IMG/VR virus record: IMGVR_UViG_2565956520_000001
DNA from: a virus
Lineage: Duplodnaviria; Caudoviricetes
Strand: one strand, 5' to 3'
Length of the DNA stretch: 64,000 bases
The position numbers and the translations under genes were made by a program. Of the stretch, positions 46,711 through 55,000 are shown piece by piece. Position 1 is the first letter of the stretch; every line of letters starts with the position of its first letter. The notes under the pieces are model-generated. The model had not been told where the DNA came from. It searched no databases and saw only the letters and a program-made list of their open reading frames with translations.

Positions 46711-47850
46711 ATGATTTTTGAAATTGACTCCAGCATATCTGATTTTCTTAAAAATGAGACCGGAAATCGTGATTTAACCATGAAATGTTTAAAGAAGGTC
46801 GAGGCTCTTCTATTAAATGCTAGCGATGGAAAAAATGTTATCTTTTTTGAAGATATTGAAATTATAGAATCATTAATTGACTGCGGAAAATTTTCAGAAC
46901 CGACGGGTTATTTCCTTGAATACCTAAGAGAAAACTTTGCATCTACAGGATCATTTATAGAATTAACAAGTAGACACATCAAAATTGTTTTAGAATGTGA
47001 ACCCGAAATCATTATTAACGACAAAAATCATACTGTAGTAACATTACCTATTTTTAAACTCGATCAATCTTTTTTTGGTAAAAGCGTGCTGCTAACAGAA
47101 AATCTGGTAGACGGTAAATTTTATAAGAGAATGACACAGTGTTATTGCAAAAATTACGGACAAAATATAGATTTTGATTTTGAACTAAAACATGGCGGTG
47201 GCAACAGCACAGGGACAGTATTTAAAGAAACTTTTAACAATCAAGATAAAAATTGCTTATGCATTGTTGATTCTGATAAATCTCACCCCGAATGTAACTT
47301 TAAAGAAACGGCTAAATCAGTTTTAGACGAGCATAACAATTCAGATTTAGCTAAATTTATATCCGACTTCTACATCTTAGAAGTAAAAGAGGCTGAAAAT
47401 TTGATCCCAACGGAAGTCATCGAAAAAGTAATCGATCCTCAACAAACTGATAATTTTAATACTTATAAAAGTTTAAGTAACGAGGGCGCACAATTTTTTG
47501 ACTGCAAAAAAGGAATTAATCGACGGTCTTTTTCAAAAAATAGAGATCAACTTCATCTCGAGTTTTGGAGAAAAGAGCTTGAAGGAATTGATCCAAATGC
47601 AAATGACTTTTTATCCCAAATTGCCAATAAACCTGCGGGTTGCATGACAAACTGTACAGGTTGCCTTAATAGAAATTGCAAGCAACCTTACTGCGGAGGA
47701 ATTGGAAGCAAAATCTTAGATAACTCTATTGATATAATCAATAATGACGAACAATACTCATTACGCGAGAATATTCAAAAAGAATGGGAAACCATTGCTA
47801 AGAAAATAATTACTTGGTCAATTGTTCAACCAGAATATCGATTTTCATAA
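46711..47850 (+). CDS. TOPRIM-like nuclease partner of the ATPase
   Basis: LLTEN..D, HGGG, IVDSD (DxD) and EAENLIP motifs in OLD/TOPRIM order. Starts 2 nt after the ATPase stop. Confidence 0.6.
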   Translation: MIFEIDSSISDFLKNETGNRDLTMKCLKKVEALLLNASDGKNVIFFEDIEIIESLIDCGKFSEPTGYFLEYLRENFASTGSFIELTSRHIKIVLECEPEIIINDKNHTVVTLPIFKLDQSFFGKSVLLTENLVDGKFYKRMTQCYCKNYGQNIDFDFELKHGGGNSTGTVFKETFNNQDKNCLCIVDSDKSHPECNFKETAKSVLDEHNNSDLAKFISDFYILEVKEAENLIPTEVIEKVIDPQQTDNFNTYKSLSNEGAQFFDCKKGINRRSFSKNRDQLHLEFWRKELEGIDPNANDFLSQIANKPAGCMTNCTGCLNRNCKQPYCGGIGSKILDNSIDIINNDEQYSLRENIQKEWETIAKKIITWSIVQPEYRFS

Positions 47851-47886
47851 ATTTTTAAGAAATAATACGAGAAATACTATCCATAT

Positions 47887-48582
47887 CTAGCGATTAAATT
47901 CAAACGGATCAGGAACATTCTCATAGAACACCTGTTCCAGCTCATGCAGATCAACTTTGAAATATTCTCTTTTGCGGTTAATTCTGCAAGCATCTAGTTT
48001 GACATGAAGTAACTGTTCGGTCTGGAATGGCTCCATGCACTTAAAATAAAACTCAACCTTAAAAGGCATAGGGACTCCTGTCCCACTCCCGTCACGGCCT
48101 TTGTACAGATCTTCTGCTCTTCTATGTGGACAATGCTTTGTATATCCAACTTTATACAATCCCGGCATTGCGGGATTAGAAAGGCAATACACACAGCCCT
48201 CATATTCAATTTCACGCCACGCGCTAGGGGTAAAAACTTGCCGTGCAGTTGGAGTAAAAACGACATTTTTATTTGTAAGCAGTTTTGGTTTTACAATGTC
48301 ATCCTCTACAGCCTTTCTCTCCTGAATATTCACATCAGGCATACTTCGGTTGACTGAAACAGGAAAAAACCTTGATTCAAGATGGTTATAGCTTTTAAAG
48401 TATCCCCACAAAACCAAGATAACCCCAACAATTTCGGCAATGGATTCAAACCCCTGACCTAGCAATGGAGTAATTATCAAGTCTGATATATTTACCCCGA
48501 ATATCAAACCACAATATATTGCAAAGACAAAACCACATACTCCAAAAATCCAGTCCCATAATAACTTAAAAAAATAGCGCAT
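47887..48582 (-). CDS. Membrane-anchored T5orf172 (GIY-YIG-like) domain protein
   Basis: Two N-terminal TM helices; VYCLSNP.MPGLYKVGYT...R...L...TGVP.PF...EQ..H..L..R....REYF. Confidence 0.82.
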   Translation of the reverse strand: MRYFFKLLWDWIFGVCGFVFAIYCGLIFGVNISDLIITPLLGQGFESIAEIVGVILVLWGYFKSYNHLESRFFPVSVNRSMPDVNIQERKAVEDDIVKPKLLTNKNVVFTPTARQVFTPSAWREIEYEGCVYCLSNPAMPGLYKVGYTKHCPHRRAEDLYKGRDGSGTGVPMPFKVEFYFKCMEPFQTEQLLHVKLDACRINRKREYFKVDLHELEQVFYENVPDPFEFNR

Positions 48583-48674
48583 TATAGCAGTCCTTTACAC
48601 CGAGAATACTCACAAGATTGTATGCCAACAAGAACCTATTTTTAAACAATATTCACCATAATCAGCAAGACAAC

Positions 48675-48709
48675 AAAAAAAGCCGGAACGCACGACGGCA
48701 GTTCCGGCT
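48675..48709 (-). terminator. Terminator for the minus-strand Hailong-like operon
   Basis: AGCCGGAAC / GTTCCGGCT stem with an adjacent A7 tract (T7 on the minus strand). Confidence 0.7.
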
Positions 48710-48852
48710 ATATCTTTATTAAGATATATTTCAATACCATCAACACATAAAGCGGCAATAGTTAAAGACTCTACATCATACACTCAAAAAGACTTTCCGA
48801 CTCACATGAAACACACTGAATATTCATTTCATAATACTTGAGTGATTTACAA

Positions 48853-49155
48853 TTAATTTTCTGAACAAAAGTAGTCTTCTAATCCTTCAATCTGCCTATT
48901 CACTGCATTTTCAAGTTCAACATACTCACCAGTTATCTGCTGCTGACTTTGGTTCGCCAAAAAAAGAAGACTGCTAGATAATCCTTGAATCAACAAGACC
49001 AATTTGTCGTTTTGATCCAATTTATTCTTTAGCACCCACCTAGAAATTGAATTCTGCGACAAACCAAAAAGAGGTTCGCTGCTATCTAAAAAACGATCAT
49101 TAATGATCGTTAAAACACACCGTTGTTTATTAAGACGACTTTTAAAATCACCCAT
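48853..49155 (-). CDS. Hypothetical protein, 100 aa, translationally coupled to the NTase
   Basis: Its ATG lies within TAT GGG TGA at the NTase end, with GAGGT upstream. Confidence 0.7.
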   Translation of the reverse strand: MGDFKSRLNKQRCVLTIINDRFLDSSEPLFGLSQNSISRWVLKNKLDQNDKLVLLIQGLSSSLLFLANQSQQQITGEYVELENAVNRQIEGLEDYFCSEN

Positions 49156-49777
49156 AAAAACTATCTACCTCCTTTATCAATCTTCTCATCCAATCATCAA
49201 CGATAGGTAAAGAATCAATCGTTTCACAAATCAATTCTCTAGATGGAACACTTCCTACCCCACGAACACTAAGAATCCGTGCAGACTGTAAGCATTCATA
49301 TGCGTTCTTGGAAATGATCAAACTTTTTTCAGCCAACTCCAAAGCCGAATTTCTCGAAAAAGTTGGTTTAGTACCTAAGGCCAACGAATAGCAAGTTGCT
49401 AGATTCCTTACTGCCAAAAAAAGCGTTGAAAGCTCAAACACCTGACTATTAGTTATTTTTACAGTAGCCCTAGCAACTTCGAAAATATTGTAGAATTTCC
49501 TACAATCACTTATCGAAGAAGTATATTTATTCGGCATGCCCAAAGACTCAATGTAATCTATACCATCTTCTGAATACAACAGCCTAGATTCATAATAAAG
49601 ATGCCATGCAAAAGGATTTCCTTGCTTCCAAAGTAATTTAATTTTTTCCGGTGAATAGATAGAAAATGTTAGCGGATCAATGCGAGACAAATTAGTGTCT
49701 ACAATGGCCAACAAATCAATATCAGAACTTAAATCAATTTCACCTCGACAGACTGACCCAAAAGCATAAATGTGCAT
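49148..49777 (-). CDS. Pol-beta-family nucleotidyltransferase, Hailong HalB-like
   Basis: YAFGS..RG..D..SD.DLL motif, helical C-terminal domain, and a terminus ...SFYG with a penultimate Tyr. Confidence 0.75.
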   Translation of the reverse strand: MHIYAFGSVCRGEIDLSSDIDLLAIVDTNLSRIDPLTFSIYSPEKIKLLWKQGNPFAWHLYYESRLLYSEDGIDYIESLGMPNKYTSSISDCRKFYNIFEVARATVKITNSQVFELSTLFLAVRNLATCYSLALGTKPTFSRNSALELAEKSLIISKNAYECLQSARILSVRGVGSVPSRELICETIDSLPIVDDWMRRLIKEVDSFYG

Positions 49778-49778
49778 T

Positions 49779-50594
49779 TTATCTTTTATTAAACCTTTTA
49801 AGAATTATTGACATAAAAAATCCAAACATAACTAGTCGAACGAATTTTATCACTGTTAAGGATACAGAACTATAGCTTTTAGGGGAGAATGTGCCTAAAA
49901 ATATTTGTGGAGCCACCTCCACCGACTCCCATAATTCAGAAACGAGTTTTGATTCGGTATGATATATAAAATTAAAAAAAGCGATGCTCACGAACACCAG
50001 CCCCACAGCTCTACACAATTTATATGTACTTTCACCATTTCCCCAAATAAAATCTAAGCTAATAAAATTAACATAGCTCATAAAAGATTTTAGACGAGCA
50101 AAGCCTTTATATTTTCTCCTATAGTAAGACTCTTTAGAAAGACATGACTTACGTAGATGAACCTTAGTAGATTCTAGTTCTATCTTTATTGCCTTATTAA
50201 CTGACTGGACTTCGCCCAGAGATTGATAATTTTTACGTAAAGTTCGTGCAAATGAACTTTTTAAATTATCATATGCAGGACAACATACATCAAGAATTTC
50301 ACTAGTGATAATTGTTTTATCAAAGTAAGAATAATCAAAAGAGCATCCTTCAAACGTGCTACCATTAAAATTTGAATTAATAAAACGACATCCAGTAAAA
50401 TTACATGAATCAAAATTGCAATTTCTTAGATACGAAGAATCAAATATACAGTATTTGAAATCAACTTCTTTAAAAGTTTTCCCCTTTACAACTAGCCGCA
50501 AAAATAATTTATTAGCTAAATCTATATTTGCAAGATCCTCATTTATTTTTTTATCTGTTTCAATAATCCTATCGCTATCGGTTAGAATATCCAT
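49779..50594 (-). CDS. Pentapeptide-repeat + 2-TM pore-loop membrane protein, Hailong HalA-like
   Basis: Pentapeptide repeats (FKEVD FKYCI FDSSY LRNCN FDSCN FTGCR FINSN FNGST), then WGNGE, TM1, a pore-like segment and TM2. Confidence 0.75.
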   Translation of the reverse strand: MDILTDSDRIIETDKKINEDLANIDLANKLFLRLVVKGKTFKEVDFKYCIFDSSYLRNCNFDSCNFTGCRFINSNFNGSTFEGCSFDYSYFDKTIITSEILDVCCPAYDNLKSSFARTLRKNYQSLGEVQSVNKAIKIELESTKVHLRKSCLSKESYYRRKYKGFARLKSFMSYVNFISLDFIWGNGESTYKLCRAVGLVFVSIAFFNFIYHTESKLVSELWESVEVAPQIFLGTFSPKSYSSVSLTVIKFVRLVMFGFFMSIILKRFNKR

Positions 50595-50673
50595 AATCTA
50601 TTTAAGCCTTGATTTAGATGTTAAAATCAACCTTTCTTTTAAGAAGAACTAACCTGTTATAATAAAATCAACT

Positions 50674-51399
50674 CTATAATTTATCAACATTAAGAATAGA
50701 ATATAAATCAATTTCTTTTGGATCTAAACCTGCGAGATGCAAAGCAATCTGAGCCTTAACAACAGCAGAAATATCCTTATTTTCAATACTCTCAACTAAA
50801 CATTGAGATTTCAACATTTGATTATCAGACCTCAACCTATCGTAAAGAGCAGTTGCTCTTTCTCTAGTTTGCTCAGACTGTTTAAAGAATAACAGCGCAA
50901 CACCATCAATTACAACTCCAGGCATAATTTGCATATAGCTACTAAAAACATCTGGTGAAATTAATGCTGCTTTATAGATTATCAAAACAAAACCAACAGT
51001 AGCAGCTACTACACTAAACCAAAATTGAACTTTAGCTTGAGCAAGAGCCTGATGATGATAACCTTTAACAAGATCTTGAATAACCCTTCCGTCATAATTG
51101 AGCGTTTCATTAACTCCTCGCCCCAACTCGCTGGATCTATTCAAACCAGCCCTTCCCCCAGCAGCCATACCGCAACCGGCCACTTCCCCACTACTAAAGT
51201 CATCAGTTTTTTTTACCTTTAAAACTTGGGATTTTGCCTTCTCAGCAATGCTTTCTATCTCGTCTTCTTTCTCTTTTTGTTGCTTTCGATAAAATGAAGA
51301 GAGTAGAGAAGTTACTAGTCCTAAGACAGCAGATATCAATCCAGCCATAATTGTTACAACAGATTCAGATGCTAGCGAAGCGACTATATCCAAGCTCAT
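50674..51399 (-). CDS. Membrane protein resembling the TRADD-N-associated 2-TM domain
   Basis: YH.QALAQA..QFWFS..AA..GF..II...G...D.VA.LFF.Q pattern, recalled from that family and not verified. Confidence 0.5.
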   Translation of the reverse strand: MSLDIVASLASESVVTIMAGLISAVLGLVTSLLSSFYRKQQKEKEDEIESIAEKAKSQVLKVKKTDDFSSGEVAGCGMAAGGRAGLNRSSELGRGVNETLNYDGRVIQDLVKGYHHQALAQAKVQFWFSVVAATVGFVLIIYKAALISPDVFSSYMQIMPGVVIDGVALLFFKQSEQTRERATALYDRLRSDNQMLKSQCLVESIENKDISAVVKAQIALHLAGLDPKEIDLYSILNVDKL

Positions 51400-51470
51400 A
51401 ATTTAATATCCTGCTTAACTTTGTTTAACTTTATTATTCATATAAAAATATTACATACAAAGTCAAATAA

Positions 51471-51526
51471 TCACTTCCCGATCACCCGTCTCACAACCAA
51501 ATTCCGCTTCTCCAAAAGCCCATCAA
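51471..51526 (-). pseudogene. Orphan remnant of the giant gene's 3' end
   Basis: 51484-51526 matches 52075-52117 at 40 of 43 positions and encodes DGLLEKRNLVVRRV. Confidence 0.8.
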
Positions 51527-51528
51527 GC

Positions 51529-51573
51529 AAAAAAAGGCCGAAACCACCCAAGAAAGGATAGTTCCGGCCTTTT
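51529..51573 (-). terminator. Terminator after the 130-aa membrane gene
   Basis: AAAAGGCCG / CGGCCTTTT outer stem flanked by A and T tracts. Confidence 0.6.
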
Positions 51574-51653
51574 AAATTTCTTTTACTAAACTCAATCAAG
51601 CACAAAAATGAAGTTCTTCACACGTCCGCAAATATAATTACACTAGGATATTG

Positions 51654-52046
51654 TCATACCTTCACTTGCTTCTTTCTTAACTTCAAAACCCCTGCTCCAA
51701 ATTCTATTTCTTCATAATCTTTATATAACGCAACAAGAACAGTCACCCCTATAGCTACAGCTGGTATTATTGCGGCTATTTCCATGCCAGATAAAGCGGC
51801 AACCGAAGTGACCGCTGCAGCTCCAATCGGGCCTGTTAATGCGGCAACACCTCCAAGACCCAACATTGCAGCAATGCCTGCGGCACCAACTAATGCAATT
51901 TTTTTTGTACTATGAAGCTTGTCAGCGAATTCACCATAAACGATGATTTGATCGGCTCCACTACTCATAGCTTCTTCAAGTTCTTCTTTCGTATAAACTA
52001 CAACTTCTTCCAAAATAGCACTCCTTATATTCATAAATAAAAACAA
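51654..52046 (-). CDS. Small Gly/Ala-rich membrane protein (glycine-zipper-like); real start probably the TTG at LEEVVV
   Basis: GAAGIAAMLGLGGVAALTGPIGAAA and a following hydrophobic helix. AAGGAG upstream of the internal TTG. Confidence 0.65.
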   Translation of the reverse strand: MFLFMNIRSAILEEVVVYTKEELEEAMSSGADQIIVYGEFADKLHSTKKIALVGAAGIAAMLGLGGVAALTGPIGAAAVTSVAALSGMEIAAIIPAVAIGVTVLVALYKDYEEIEFGAGVLKLRKKQVKV

Positions 52047-52064
52047 CTAAGCCTATTCAAACTA

Positions 52065-55000
52065 TCACTTCATAACCCGCCTCACAACCAGATTCCGCTT
52101 CTCCAAAAGACCATCAATCCGCACCCGCTTCTCATCAGGTGTAAGCTTCCTGGAACGATGAATCTGTCGCATAGCAGTTTCAATCTGAGCAAGCGCACGG
52201 CGTAGCTGATTGTATGGCTGGCGTTTAGCAAGAATCTTTCTGTTATCCGGATCTTTCACCAGAGCTTTGGCTTTATCCGCTTCGCCAGTTTTTGCGTAGT
52301 TCATTACCGTTGAATAGAGTTCATCGGCTTGCTCAACCATGTCGTACAATTCTGTCAGATGGCAGCTATGCCTTGAGGGTGTAGATCTAAAGAAACTTTT
52401 AATTAGCGGCATGTCGTCTAGACGTCTGGACGGCAATTCCGGTGCATCCACCATTTCGCGGGTTACAATGTCCGCCATGCTCATCACGTAAACACCCAGC
52501 GTTCCGAAATAGCCATTAACAAGATGCTCGATGCGCTTAGGACTAGTTCCTGTCTTCTCACCAATCAAAGCTGCTGTCTCGCTGGTACGATGATCGCGTT
52601 GCGCTCCAGGCTGAAGCCTTTTCAAACGCATAGGAACGATCGCTCTGCCAGTGAAGAAACTCTTGTCTGCCCACTGCTCAAGAATCGGCGTTACAATCTG
52701 CGGAGTGCCTACAGAGAATGTCTGCGTCAGCATAAACTGAAGACGTTCACGAAGCAGATCCCCGTCCTTACCATCCAGCGAATACTCGGTTAACCTTTCC
52801 GGAAGAGTTCCAAATATGGCTCCAATCTCAAAAGGTTTAGGCATTCTGAAATGTTTTTCATCCACAAAGAAGTGATAGTAATTGTCCCGATCCCAATGTT
52901 CCAGTCCCTTAAATTCTTCCCGATCCCGATTATTCAGATAGAGCAACACAGAAGCCAGCGCGACCATTGCGCCCTTGGTCATAAATCCGGACGGATTCTC
53001 ATACGCCCCTCTACCCAATCTATTCAGCCCGACCATTCTTGCACCGAAGAACGGGACAGTTTCACAAAGGAACCGTGTGGCCAGCCAGTCACCGCCCATG
53101 GAATAATCCATGATGTCCTTGGCTTCATACGCAGCTTCAAGATGACTACCGCCCTTTTTCTTTACACCTTCATAAAGGCGCGCACGGGTCGCATTCTCAA
53201 ATGCAGAACCTAAGTCCTGCCATTTCATCCAGCCCAGTTTAGCAAAGTTGGCCAACTTTTTAGGAGTATCGAGAATTGAGTCACGATCAATTTTATGCTT
53301 CTTTACCAGCTTCTCAACCAACAGCTTTGCAGCCGCAGGATCATGCCCAAAAGCATAACCACCATGGAAAGCTGCTCCGGCGGCCATCATTTTAATAGTG
53401 TCTTCATCCTTACTCAGAGTTTTGATTGCACCCTTGAATGACCCGACCACAGGCAAAAAAGTTCCAGTCCGATCGACGCCCCAACCGTGGACCGTATCGC
53501 GCACAAGGTTGCGAACCATGAAGTCAGGAGTGGAAGTAATTCCAGTTGTAAGCATCCGCTTAAACAGCCGAGCTGTTTTCATTCCGAAGTTATTCCAGCT
53601 CTGCATATTTACCGAAGTCAGCGATCGGAGCAGGAGCGGATCAGCGATGTGGTAATAGACAGGCTTGCCGTCACGAAGCACAGAAACAACATCCTTTGCA
53701 TCCGGCTTTACCATCCTAAAAACAGTCTGCAATGAATCACGCTGCGCCTTGGTCATTTTGGCAACAGCATCTTCATCCCCGAACACTTTAACCAAGGAAG
53801 AGCGCAAAGCCTGCCCCTTCAGCTTAAGTGCTTCCCACTTAAATTCTGCATTGGTTGCAATGCCGATATTCTCAGCATGAACCATGGAAAGTTCCATAGC
53901 TCTGTTCTTCACAGAAGTGTCGATCAAATGCGAAAAGTTGCGGATGATATTTTCAAACGGATCACCGAGATTCGAAGTTCCACCCCGTAGCCGGCGAATG
54001 CCAGAATACTGATTTGCAATTCCCTTGCTACCGTGTGGCGACTTAACACTTGCCTTCTCTTCACCAGTTTCATTGATACGATAGAAAGGAATATACTCGT
54101 CATGTTCCCAAAGAGTGCGACCAGCTGCGTTAATAACTCCGGCATCCTGAGCAAAGTCCAGAACCTTGGTTTTGAACTCGATATACTTCTTCTGAACCGC
54201 TTCATATTGCGCTTCACGGCCAGAATTCAGTTTGCAAAGTTCATCTATTTCCTCTTCGGTAAACAGATTCTCGCGCCCTTCAGCCATAAGCTTTTTAGCT
54301 CGAAGCCCCACAAGCCAGCCAGTGAATCTATCCAACTCATGTGCAACCGGCTCAAATATCGTTGCCAGCCCTTCGCCCTCAACATCCATAGCCCCTTCAC
54401 GCCAGATAGGTGCGCCGTGCTCGATGACAGCCGCAATCTGATCAGCATGTGAAGTAGACATTCTAGCCGCCACATAAGCGGACTCTTCCATATCCGTAAC
54501 TCCAGCCGCTTTATCAAGATCCTTGAGCGAATCAAAACGATCAAACATGCCCTGGTTAAACTCAGTGGCCATAAATTCACGAATGCGCCCTATGCGTTCA
54601 CCAATGGTAGTTTTTTCTTTAACTTGTCCGATCTTGGCCATAGCAGATTCACGAACAGGATTTGAACGGGAATAAGAAACGGCTTCAGCTCCACCTCTAG
54701 GTGAAGGAGAATGTAAACCGTCACCTTGCACTGTCCAGAAAACAGCATCAGCAACTATACGGTTAATCTCACGGCGAGTCAGCGAACCGGGCAGACGTAT
54801 GCGAAGCTTGGCCAGCCATTTCATGACGGCATCAACAACCTTACGCCACACCCCTTTTTCACGCTGAGTCAGAACCTTATTCTGATCCACCTTTTCAGCA
54901 AGCTGAGCCAAATATTCATGACTGGCCATATCTCTGCCGGAATCAGTGGCAAGATCAAAATCGTAATCCAAAGCTATATCTTTAAATTCTTTACTACGCT

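Noticed and set aside
48675-51573. Integron attC sites between island genes
   Set aside because: The hairpins have A/T tails typical of terminators and lack attC R/L box features. Neither integrase shows an obvious IntI-type insertion.
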